Assembly: GCA_021613535.1 (NCBI GenBank)
Contig: CP075497.1
Coordinates: forward strand, 4,650,001 to 4,714,000
Origin: Adineta vaga
Taxonomy: Eukaryota > Animalia > Rotifera
Direction of reading: 5' to 3'
DNA length: 64,000 nucleotides
A model generated the notes under the pieces. The model made no database searches. It saw only the letters and a list, made by a program, of their open reading frames with translations, and had not been told where the DNA came from. The position numbers and the translations under genes are program-made. Shown piece after piece: positions 50,977-63,346 of this stretch (the stretch's first letter is position 1; the number at the start of each line of letters is the position of its first letter).

Positions 50977-53565
50977 ATGTTTAAAAACTTGAAAGAAAAA
51001 TTAGCAACTCAAGTGACAAAAACAAATCAAACACTACTAGTGGGCATATCATCATCTGAATCAGTATGTTTAGAAACACATTAAAAATACTAATATTCGT
51101 TTTTTCACTAATTAGACATCTGTATCAAAAGATGTGAATAATCGAACATCTTCAATTACAAGTCGTGATGATAATCATGTACGAAACATTTTGTCATTTT
51201 CCACATGATGAAAACATTTCTTTCGTTCAAGGAAAATCATCGTTCTCGAATAGATTCAGCAGCGAGTGATATAAGTCAATATAGTGTTGGCCAAAGTCCA
51301 AATACAAGCATGACTTATGTCTCACCGCCACGTCATCATGTACCACCATCAGATATTGAATCTGAATATGGTGGAGATGATGGTGATTATGAAAGTAATG
51401 CGGTAAGTTGATTAAATGATTTTCAATTTGAATTTGTTCGTCGATGTTTCCGTAGAAATTGATGAAGCTACAAAAATTACTTGGTGTTTATAAAAACAAA
51501 TTCAAACAATTAAAAGATGCTTACAATGAAGTTGAACATGAAAAAGAACATATTAAAGTAGGGAAAAGTAATGTGTACGTTTTTGAATGAGAAGATTTTC
51601 GATTTGTAGAATGTACTACAACAACAACAAGATAAATCATTAACACGAATAGCAGAATTACGTGAACAAATAAAACTTGATCGTGAAGCAAAAGCACAAT
51701 TGGAATGTTTACACAAGAAAGAAATGCGAGCGAAAGAAAATAGAATTGAAGAATTAACATTACAGGTAGAAAAACAGAAGTTTTTCATCTTACAAAAAAA
51801 TCAACTTCACTATCTTTTCAGGTTAATGCACAAAAAGATCTGATACAATTACCTCATCAAACAGATCATGAAGAAATACAAAATCTCCGTGAAAAGGTAA
51901 AATTATATCAGAACAAACATTCTCTATTCATTGGTTCTTTTTTTTTGTTTTCAATTTAGAATCTCAAATTGGAAACACTATTAAACCGTTGTAAAGATGC
52001 TATAAAAATTAATCAAGAAAAACAAAATGAACTAACCAAACATCGTGATGAACTTATTTCTCAACTGAACGAAAAGCAAAACGTTATTGAATCGTTAATA
52101 AAAGTAAACATCTTTCTTTTTCGCTATCTAAATAAAACAAAAGATAAGAATAGAAATATATATATCTGTACATAAAAGAAGAAGAAAAAAAAGCTGAAAA
52201 GAGAATATCTATTCTCCACATATATATTTATAGGCAAACTCCAAAGACGAAGATCATTTCAGTTTGAAACATTTTGTAAAAAATATTTGGGTAAGTATAT
52301 TCAAATAAACTACCAGTAGTTAAACAGTGTTATTAGACTGACGCCTATCGCATGTAGTTTGTGTTCTGTATGTTTTGTATTTCCGTCTTAACTTACATTA
52401 TATAGATTTTTATTTTAATGAATTTGATCAAATTTGTTTTTAAAATAGATTTGAAATAGAATTCTTCTTTTCTCATAGGAACGTCATCCGGACGAAGCTT
52501 CAATAACATCAATGGAAGTTCAAGAACATTTTGATTCGGATATAAGTGTTTTATTACAAGATAAACAACGTTTACAAGAAGAAATTGAAGCATTGAAAAT
52601 TCATGTTCGACAAGTTGAACATGAACTTGAATTAAGTAAACAGCAAACAAATGAAGATTCTCATAAAGAACTGACTGAGCCTTCTAACTCCAATCATTTA
52701 CAAGAAATAATACAAAATATCGAAACTATTCTTCCAAATAGTCAATCAACGAATTTATTCGAACGTATTCAACAATTAATCGATGAAAAAGAACAACTTT
52801 TCAAAACAAATGAAACTCTTCAAAATGAATTATCTACAAACAATGTTCAGTTTAATCAAACTGTTGAGAATCAACGACAAGAACATTCAACAGAAATAGA
52901 GAAACTTCTTAAAGAAAAAGAAGATGAATATCGAAAAACACTTGAAACACCGAGTGCGCAAGTTAGTAACCACTTATAAAGGACAACTATCATCATTGGA
53001 AAATGAACTTAAAGCTGAAGTTATCAGAGAAAGTGATAAGATTAATCAATTAAATGTAGAAATTAGTGAACGACAGAAACAAATCGATGAATTACAAGAA
53101 TTTATTGCTGAGCAGAAACAACTCTCCAATCAATATCAAAATGATTCTCAACAAAAATCTCTTCGAATTGAACAACTAGAAAAGGAGTTAGACAATCTCA
53201 ATGTAAAATCATCTCAAGAACATCATTCATTAAACGAACAATTAAAAACATTAAAAGAAGAATTCGATAATACAATGAAACAACTGGAAGATAAACAAAA
53301 TGATCGTAATCATCTTACAATTACTATAGATCAATTAAAAACTGATATATCAACCATTACTGATGAACGTGAGCAGATTAGAAAGCAATTGGAGAATACT
53401 CAAAATGAAATATCTCATCTAAATGAAACAATTCATCAGACTCGATTACAAAGTTCAACGACTACTGAAGAACATGACCAACTGATCCAACAGTTATATT
53501 CAACTATTAATGAATTGAAAGCTGATAGTGCATCATCTGTTGAAGAACGTAATATTGTTTGTTGA
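50977..53565 (+). CDS. GOLGA4: Golgin-245/GOLGA4 N-terminal part; +1 frameshift at ~52950; ends without a GRIP domain
   Basis: MFKNLKEKL start, YKNKFKQLKDAY, QDKSLTRIAELREQIKLDREAK, ETLLNRCKDAI, then a long coiled coil. Confidence 0.8.
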
Positions 53566-55338
53566 TGATGTTTCTTGTTTTTCTCGTTTGATATTCAATG
53601 ATGTTGCTTTGTCTTCGTTTTTACTGATATCATTTAAACTTTGTAATTTATTGTCTTTTTTCCATTTCATTCGGCTAAATAAAAGAGGTCTTTTTTTCGT
53701 AAAACAAAAAATTTTTATTTCAGAAAATTTTCATACCGATTTTGAAACCAAATCTACAAACGAAACAAAAGGAGATAGAAAAAAAGACGAATGTATGAAT
53801 ACAATTCATTTACTTTAATTTGTCGTTCAGTCAATGCTAAACTATGTGCTATTTCAATTCGTCGTCGTCGTGATAAATATCTAAGAAAACAACAAGAAAT
53901 CATTAGAATATAAATGTTAATGTAAAAGAAGAACGAACCGATTGAAATGAAATTCTTTTTCCAATTCAAGTGTTTGATATCTCGAATATGATGTTCGTGT
54001 TCGTTTCGTTTCACCAATATGTGGATCTAAATATCGCGTGTAGAAATTCATAGATCATCATTTTAGTATGCATATCATCAGATTAGAAAAGCGAAGATTG
54101 AATTTCGAGAATGATCGAAAGAAAAAGAAAAAAAGACATTAATCTCACACGCACTTGACAGTGCATAGTTTCTCTAGACATAGGATTTCCTGAATGTCTG
54201 TATACCGACATGTTTGATGCCCTTTTTTTTTCTTCTTCTTCTCACTATTGTTCTATACAGTCTCATCGATTACATGACCATTAGAACCATCTGTGGAGTC
54301 TTTGACAATGAGTCGGCATCATCTTGTATGTATATGTGCGTGTATTTCTTTCCTTTTCATATCTTTTGTCCCAATCAGATTGCAAGGCAATCGTCGTATA
54401 TATATACAAACTCATTTATTCATTCGTCCCGATCAGAACGAGCCCATAAATCTCCTCTCGCGCGCAAGAGAACGACATAAATAGCCCATAAAAAAAGATT
54501 GTATGTATATGGTAAAAAATGCCGATGTTATAATATAAACAAAACAGAAACAGGAAGAGAACGACGAATTAAATTTCATCGTGAGATTTTCATCAGACTT
54601 ACCACAACTATTATGGATACGTCTCATCCATGGATAAATATTTTGTTGCTGTTGTTGGTGATGTTGATGATGTTGTTGCTGCTGCTGTTGTTGCTGTTGA
54701 ATTGGAACAGCAAATGAATCTGTTTGTTTTAAAATTTGTTGTTGTGCATGCGGATATGATATATACGGATTACCAAATGAATGAGGATGAGGATGATGAT
54801 GTTGTGATGAATTAGTTGAAGGAAAACCATGATTATGTAGTGATGGATCAGATCCAAGACCTACTGCTATTGTTGATGGTGCCATATTGGCATATGTATA
54901 ATCAAATGCATTGACAAATGAGCCACTAGACATATTCGGATAATAATTTCCGTTAAGATTTGCATCATTTTGTTGACGATAATTAAAAAAATGTCGAACA
55001 AGTGGATCATTATTGAAAGGTAAGGGTGATGTTGAAGTTGCAACAACTGCATCAAATGGTGTCGTTTGTTGATTTGATGATAAACATAAAGAAAAATCTG
55101 CATTATTTAAATAAGATGTATTTGTATCGAATGTATTATTCAGATTAATATCATTATTAGGATTAATCGGTGTTAAATTATCATCAGATGATGTACTGTT
55201 ACTATTATGATTGGTATTATTATTATTGTTGTTGTTACCATTTGATGTTGAAAGTAAATGATGATAGCTCAATGATGATGTTGTTGACAATGCATTAGCA
55301 GCAGCAGCACTAGTGGGAGTACTAGAGAAGGTAGCCAT
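53533..55338 (-). CDS. Hox5: Hox gene, paralogy group 5 (Scr-like); exons 55338-54603, 54026-53939, 53880-53814, 53753-53737, 53674-53533
   Basis: IYPWMRRIH hexapeptide region. Spliced homeodomain [64 protein letters not shown]. Confidence 0.88.
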
Positions 55339-56604
55339 TTGTCCGGTAATTAAGTACACACGCGGAGCTTTAACGACGTTAATAGCGACGATAATCGGTC
55401 TTGCCGAACATTATTTTCTTAGTTTTAATGGGAATATGTAGAGAAGAAAGAGAAAAACAGTAATTGAGAAGGAATTAGATAGACCAGATGAGATGATTGA
55501 AAGTCAGTCAATTGAATGGTCGATGCGAGTCTTTGTATGCCTAATGGTGCAATCAACTTGAGATAATGGCCGTTTGGGAACCTATATAAATGACTATCGA
55601 TGTATTGTAAAAACGACTTACTGCTTTCTTTCTTTCTTCTTCTCTTTCTCTTTCCTTACGCTTTTTTCCTCTCTTTCTCTCTTCATTCAGCATTCGCTCT
55701 CAATAACGATAGGTTGAATATATTTTCTTCTCAAATACATTTAGTCCAATCAAAAAGCCATTTAGTTCTATATGATGAATAGACGATGAATAAAAGTCAC
55801 GAATGCTACTTTCTTTTTTTCTTATTTGCAAGAATATACATTTGTACCATATCTTCTATACAATCGACAGGTAACGATGAATAATTATGTTGAGTTTATA
55901 TAGATCGAATCAGCCAGAAACTTTATGTATAAATGTAAAAAGAATATTCATATAAAGTACAAATGTCTTTAAATGGTATCAGATTTGAGATGAATCAATA
56001 AACAGTTGATATATTCTATTATTCATTTCTATATTATATATGTGTATATAAATACAAAAGTAGAGTAAATTTTTATTGAACAACAAAAAAAAATCACTAA
56101 TAGTCACAATAAAGTTCCACAAGGAAAAGACATTTCTCTATGACATCATACAGAAGAAAAGAAAAGGATATAGACGTACATCTCTCGACGTACACAAACA
56201 CATCATACATTGACAAATTAATACAAACAAAATTTTTTTTTTCAAAAACAATAATAACTAACTGAATTTTCTATTCTAAATATCAACTTACTTATTAATG
56301 ATTCTTTTTTTTTTCAAAAATACTCTACTTTAACATTCGAATGTGCGCAAAAAATTCTTTCCAATGAGGAGAAGAAGAAGAAGAAGAGAAACAGAAATAT
56401 TAGACTGATACAAAAAGAAAGTTAGAAAGAAAAAGCAAATTTTCATAAGGTACAAAAGAAAAATGTTGATCTGACTAATTAATAATCGCCTGCCTGTTAG
56501 ATTGATCGACTATTTTGATTTCTCATATACAAAATAAATAAATAAATAAATAAATAATTTCCAGAGAAAAAGAAACAAAAACGACTACAGAGGGAAGAAT
56601 TATT

Positions 56605-58562
56605 TTAATACTCGCCATAGAAATCACCTTCGAAATCATTTTGTTGTCGATGATTATGATATTGTGGTAATAATAAATTTCCATGTCCGTATGGTTTTTT
56701 AATTGTACGTTTGGCACGAACAGTTAGTCGTGGATTATATGCCGAAGGTCGATTATGCCATTCATGCTCATTATGAACAATACTAGAAAATATTCAAATC
56801 AAAATTGATTTTTAAGTTCTTCAATAAATTGATAAACATTACCTTAACATATTAACAATTGATTGAAGTGCATTGAGAATTGAAATTGATGTCATAGATT
56901 CGACTTCTAGATAAAAAAAAGAAAGACTAATCTTGAAATTCTTATTTCATATGAGTTATAACTAACCTGTATATAATCTAAATGCATCCATTTCATCACC
57001 AAATCGTGCAAGTTTAAATGGATCATGCGCACGTTCTCGAGCTGCCATTAAATCATCGATACACATTGTTAAACTATAATTTGAATACCAAATTTCTGTA
57101 AAACTACGTATATAATCAACAAGTGAATCATTGCCCACGATTAATTCCGAATATTCTTCAGCTTCAAAATGAAATCCTACAGAGAAAAAGAACGAATATT
57201 AAATTCAATCCTATTGAAAAACAAAATATTTACCTTCGATTAATAACAATCGAACAATCGTTGTATTATGTCTCATTTCAAATTCATGAACATTTGTTAT
57301 ATTTTCGCTTAATGAAACAAGAACATCGTCAGGTGTTTCACGGAATTTTTTCAAACAAGATGCTTTGAGAAATAATCGAACAATTCGATTCATTAGTTTA
57401 CGATCAAACGATGGATCACCCAGACGATCAATTAATACATCAAGTAATTCACCATAACCATATGCAGGTTTAATTGAAAAACATTCAAATGTATGTGCAA
57501 TTAATGTTTGATGAATATCTATGCAAATAAAATGAAAACTGTTATGTAAAAGAAAAGATTTTTCAACTAACCTGCTCCTAAATAACAAACACGATTTTTC
57601 CATAAAACATTCCATAATTCATCAGCGACAGATTCAATTGGTAACATCAATTTAATTAGACGTAAACCAAGAAAAATAGCAATATCAGTTAAATAATTTG
57701 TTGCATTCACAAGAATATCATGACTAACATCATCATAGGAAACTAATTCCATTAATTCTTCTTGAATCGGTAATGACCATGTGCATGCACGAAGAAGATC
57801 AGAGAGTTTACCAGTTAATGTTAGAATACCTTTGCTGGTAACTGATCTTTGTGGTTTCATAAGCGCTTCATCTTCAAGTAAAGTACATGGAATAGGTGAT
57901 AGTCGTTTTGTATTAGAATTATCTGAACTTGTAGCTGGTTCAGTACTACAGGAACTTGTTGCTGTCATTGCATTTGTGGCTGATGAATGCGGTGATGAAC
58001 TTGCATTTGATGCTGATGTTGTGCTTGTTGTGATTACTGTTAATGGTGATGGAGCAGAAACAGGAACGGTTGTTGTGGATGATGATGACGATGATGATGG
58101 AGCCATCTTTCCAGACATCATCTGTGTTGGATTGATAGCTTGGCCATTTGGACGCATGTAGAATGGTAAAGGTGAAGCAAGTTGTTGTTGAAAGAATGCT
58201 CCATTGGGTGATGCTGTTGATGGTGCGGTAGCAGCCATGAAAAATGCTGATGGAGCTGTTTGATATGGATGATGTTGCATAGCTGAATCAGTACTGTTAT
58301 TTCCAACAATCATTTGATGATGTTGTTGAATGTGACGGTACGGTGACATGGAAGTTTGATGAGCAGCATGTTGCATCATAATAGTTTGATGTTGTTGTTG
58401 AACAGCAGCTAAATTAGGATCGAAAAACATGGCTGCAGCTGCATCTGATGGCATTGTTATGTAGAATGTTTGTACACCGTTCATTGGACTTGATGGAACA
58501 AGTGGACATGCAGGCATTAATCGAATGGGACTTGGACAATAATTACTTGGCATTGAATACAT
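56605..58562 (-). CDS. Divergent Roquin-like protein: low-complexity N-terminus plus HEPN/ROQ region, no RING, no CCCH; 5 coding exons
   Basis: Spliced ELWNVLWKNRVCYLGA|DIHQ...RIVRLFLKASCLK...RHNTTIVRLLLIE|GFHFEAEEYSELIVGN...RAHDPFKLARF aligns motif by motif with Roquin NLWAAVRARGCQFLGP...VVQLLYRASCFK...EHDSQIVQIAMEAGLRI..QWSSLLYGD...RTGDPANLNRL. Confidence 0.78.
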
Positions 58563-60016
58563 GGTTGGCGAACTAATTAAATAAATAATAATGAAGAAGA
58601 AAAAATAGAAGTAAAAGATCTTGTTATTTCTTTGTTTGAAAATTTATCTTTACTTTGATTTATATATGGACGAATGTATTTAAGAAATCAGGCAGGCAGA
58701 CAAAACAGACAGAGGCAAGCACGTCTGATAGTCACACCGCGCTGTTATAATATGATAGAGTATGATTTCAAATCGATTGTTTTTCTCTCTAAATTCTCTC
58801 TACTTATTTTCTTCTTTATTCTATTCCGTCCGACGATAGAAGTATTCTAACGAAATGAATAGAAGATAACGAACTATATTCACTGTCTTTCTAAATCATA
58901 GAGAATCGATAAATGACTAAAAGAACGAAAAAAGAAAAGCTTCTTGTTACCCAAATACACGTGAAGAAATGTTTAATAGATACATAGTCGACGAAGAAAG
59001 AGAATACAAAGTCTATGACGATGTCATTCTTTAAGTTCAATACGAATTAGTAGAGATGGCTCGTTCATATGAATCAATCCACTGATTAAAGTATAGTTTG
59101 AAGTGCATAATAAAGATATGTCACTCTTAATAAATTACATAGTTTGAATAACTTGTCTAAAAGCTGATGGTTCTTGTCGAACTATTCGTATAGAAAGAAG
59201 AAAAAAAATCCATGAATACAGATATTACGAAGTATCTATATATTGTGAAAGAAAATTCGTCATAAATGAGTCGTAACATAACATTTTTAACAAAATTTTT
59301 CAGATTTTCTATTTTCAAAATTGAAAAAAAAAGACATAGACATGTAATAGGTAACGTGTAAAAGGTTTTTGTATCTCACAATCAATATTATCACATTGAA
59401 CAAGAATAAAGTTTATTGTATTGATTAAGAAGTAAATGAATCTTCAGCCAAAATATGATCGAACTGAGATAAATCAAGTCAATTTAAAATTCATTCAGAA
59501 CAAAGAAGGATAATGTTTTAGAATAAAAAGAATTGTAGGTTGGAAGAATGTTATTAATCTTATCTTGAATTTGCTCTAACATGATGATACTTTGTGACAT
59601 CAAACTAATTATTTCTCAACTGCTGATATCTGTTATGATACAGAAATAGCAATCCTATCCTCCACAGCATCAACCAGTCTATAGTTAATACGAAAACTAT
59701 CTTGTTAAAGCTGTCCTTCAAATATTCATCAGTAATACAGAAAAGAAAAAATATCTACATAATTCGTTTGAGAATTTTTCCATTCTCATGTTGTATGTTT
59801 TATTAATCATTGTTCTTTCGAATATATAGAACTTTCCATCTGAGTTTTCACACAAGCACACACATATTTAAAGACAAAAAAATGAAATCTTAAAGATCGA
59901 ATTAAACACATGAAAAGAACGAGAGCAAGGTGACTAGAAATAAATAAACTAACAAGACGGATTATAAGTTTTTTGTTGATAAAAAAAATGTGTTGGTTGT
60001 CTATTTGATTCGATAT

Positions 60017-62184
60017 TTAATCAACTTCTTCGATTGTTGGTCCTTTGGCGCCACCAGCTTTAGCTCCACCTTGGTTTGGCATACCACCAGCACCTGCAGC
60101 TCCAGCATCACCTCCTAGAATACAAATTATAGTAAGATTTCCTGAAATTTTATTCAATTTAAAATAACTTACCATAAAGTTTAGACATGACTGGTGAGCA
60201 GATTTTTTCAATTTCTTTAAGTTTATGATCGAATTCTTCTTTTTCGGCTAATTGATTAGTTTCCATCCATTTAAGTGCTGATTCAAGGGTCTCGTTGATT
60301 TTAGCTTTATCTTCAGCTGAAATTTTGGCGGCGATCTTGTCATCATTGATGCTTGTTTTCATGTTGAAGCAGTATGATTCAAGTGAATTCTTAGCTGAAA
60401 TACGTTCACGTTGAGCATCATCTTCTTTCTTGTATTTTTCGGCATCAGAAACCATTCTTTCGATATCATCTTTTGATAAGCGACCTTTGTCATTGGTGAT
60501 TGTGATTTTATTTTCACGACCAGTTGATTTATCAACAGCCGAGACGTTCAAAATACCGTTAGCATCAATATCGAATGTAACTTCAATTTGTGGTACACCA
60601 CGTGGAGCTGGTGGAATACCAGAAAGTTCGAAATTACCAAGTAAATGATTATCTCGTGTCATTGAACGTTCACCTTCATAAACTTTAATGTCAACACCAG
60701 GTTGATTATCTGAATATGTTGTAAATGTTTGAGTTTGTTTTGTTGGAATGGTTGTATTACGTTTGATTAAAGCTGTCATAACACCACCAGCAGTTTCAAT
60801 ACCCTAGGAAAAGTAAGAGAAATAGATAAAAACAAGTCTTTTTTCTTTTTTCGATTAACTTACCAATGAAAGTGGCGCAACATCGAGTAAAAGCACATCT
60901 TTAACTTCTTCGGATTTATCACCAGTTAAAATAGCGGCTTGAACAGCTGCACCATAAGCAACAGCTTCATCTGGATTGATGGATTTGTTCAATTCTTTTC
61001 CATTGAAGAAATCTTGAAGTAATTTTTGTACTTTTGGAATACGTGTTGAACCACCAACAAGTACAATTTCGTGAATACTTGCTTTATCCATTTTAGCATC
61101 ACGTAAAGCTTTTTCAACTGGTTCAAGTGTTGATCGGAAAAGATCAGCGCAGAGTTCTTCGAAACGAGCACGTGTAATTGTTGAATAGAAATCGATACCT
61201 TCATGAAGTGAATCGATTTCAATTGAAGCTTGTGATGATGATGACAAAGTACGCTAGAAGAAAAAGTTTCATTTGATTATTAATAAATATTAGAAATGAA
61301 TTTATTAACTTACTTTAGCACGTTCACAAGCTGTACGTAATCGACGAAGACCACGTTTGTTTTGTGATAAATCTTTGTTACTTTTACGTTTGAATTCTTG
61401 AACGAAATGTGTTACCATTCGGTTATCAAAATCTTCACCACCTAAATGTGTATCACCAGCTGTTGATTTGACTTCGAAGATACCTTCTTCAATTTTGAGT
61501 ACTGAGACATCGAAAGTACCACCACCCAAATCGAAGATGAGAATATTTCGTTCACCAGAAACTTTCTTATCTAAACCATAGGCAATAGCAGCAGCTGTTG
61601 GTTCATTAATAATACGTAAAACATTAAGGCCAGAAATAACACCGGCATCTTTTGTTGCTTGACGTTGTGAATCATTGAAATAAGCTGGAACAGTGATAAC
61701 AGCTTCAGAGATTTTTTTACCGAGATAAGCTTCAGCAATTTCTTTCATTTTTGTTAAAACCATTGATGAGATTTCTTCAGGGGTAAATGATTTGGTTTCA
61801 TTTTTATATTCAACTTGAATCTTTGGTTTAGTGGCCTCGTTAATAACTTTGAATGGCCAGTGTTTCATATCAGCTTGAACGGTGGCATCATCGAATTTAC
61901 GACCAATAAGTCGTTTAGCATCGAAGATGGTATTATTTGGATTCATAGCTACTTGATTTTTAGCAGCATCACCAATAAGACGTTCACTATCAGTGAATGC
62001 AACATAGGATGGTGTTGTTCGGTTACCTTGATCATTTGCAATAATTTCAACTTTACCATGTTGGAAGATACCAACGCACTAAAACAAATAATTATCGTTA
62101 AAATAACTTTCTTTTTTACTTATAAAACAATGTATAACTTACGGAGTACGTTGTGCCTAAATCAATACCAATAGCGCGAGCCAT
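60017..62184 (-). CDS. HSP70: Cytosolic HSP70/HSC70, 5 exons
   Basis: IDLGTTYS|[30 protein letters not shown] and C-terminal GPTIEEVD*. Confidence 0.98.
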
Positions 62185-62279
62185 TTTTGTTTAAATGTAG
62201 GTAGTAGGAAACGTTGAATTAGAGAGAAGGTATAAAAATTTCGAATAACAGACAATGTAAAAGTCGCTTTGTGTATAGT

Positions 62280-62334
62280 CTTTATATAGGGTATAGAAAT
62301 TTTCTTTCTGGTATAGTCGAGAACTTTCTCGAAG
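62280..62334 (-). promoter_or_regulatory. HSP70 promoter: TATA box (62280-62288) and a perfect three-unit heat shock element (62320-62334)
   Basis: aGAActTTCtcGAAg fits nGAAnnTTCnnGAAn and lies about 30 nt upstream of minus-strand TATATAAAG. A further GAAtgTTC is near 62390. Confidence 0.85.
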
Positions 62335-62704
62335 AACAGAGTAGAAGGAGAGAACGAAAAAGAAAAAAAAGGAAGAGAAGAGAATCAAGAATGTTCTCCA
62401 ACATGGCCGATCAGTGAGTACAAAAAAAATAAGTTTTCTTTTGGTTTATTCCAGTGACACATCGAGTAAAAAATTTCCGTTTTTTTTCAGTCAAAATTAT
62501 TTTCATATAAGTAGAATTTTTGAGACTTTTCGAAAAATAATACATTGAAATGATAGCGAGCGGCATCTGTCCGAACTATTCTTTTCTTTTTCTTCATAGA
62601 TTATTGATTTCATTGAATAAAGCTGCATAAAAATACAAAACATCAATAAATTACAAAACAATATTTAAAAATTCTTGTCTTTTTTTCAAAATCTTTCATC
62701 CTGT

Positions 62705-63346
62705 TTAATCTTTCGGTGGATAATGACATTCAAATGGCGATAAAACACTTCGAATTGCATTATTTTGTAAACAACCATTGATAAATTCTTCTTTCGATAA
62801 AGATTGATTATGATCAAGATCTAATGTACGAAACATATCATAAGCAACACAGTCTGGTGACATTTGATTCATTCGATGAGTTATTGTAAAAAGTTTCTTT
62901 AAAATATCAATCATTTCATTTATTTCAATTGTTTGAGATTGATCTTTATCAAATAATGAAAATGTATAATGTAATTTTTCGATAGGTTCACCACTGGATG
63001 TTAATGCATAAGCAATAAGAAATTCTTTAAAATCAATTCGTTGATTTCCTAGAAACAAAATATCAAATATTGCTTTATTGAAAATTAAATACAACAAACC
63101 ATTATGATCAAATGCTTGAAAAACATTCTCAGCAATACCTTCCACATTTTTTGTTGAAGAATTTTCTAATTCTTTATAAAATTTAACGAATTGACTTTTA
63201 TTCAATTGACCATTTGGACATAGAGCAACAAATTCTCGATACCAACCTTGAATAACATGAGGTGTTAGATGTGTTTGTTTCATTATATATCGATAATCAT
63301 TCAATGATAGATCTTCTTCCATTTGATGTGGATGATGATTACCCAT
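62705..63346 (-). CDS. Neuronal calcium sensor family protein (NCS/hippocalcin-like), with a 51-nt in-frame intron at 63049-63099
   Basis: MG N-terminus, WYREF...CPNG, and EF loops DHNG|NQRIDFKE, DKDQSQTIEINE and DLDHNQSLSKEE. Confidence 0.9.
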   Translation of the reverse strand: MGNHHPHQMEEDLSLNDYRYIMKQTHLTPHVIQGWYREFVALCPNGQLNKSQFVKFYKELENSSTKNVEGIAENVFQAFDHNGLLYLIFNKAIFDILFLGNQRIDFKEFLIAYALTSSGEPIEKLHYTFSLFDKDQSQTIEINEMIDILKKLFTITHRMNQMSPDCVAYDMFRTLDLDHNQSLSKEEFINGCLQNNAIRSVLSPFECHYPPKD

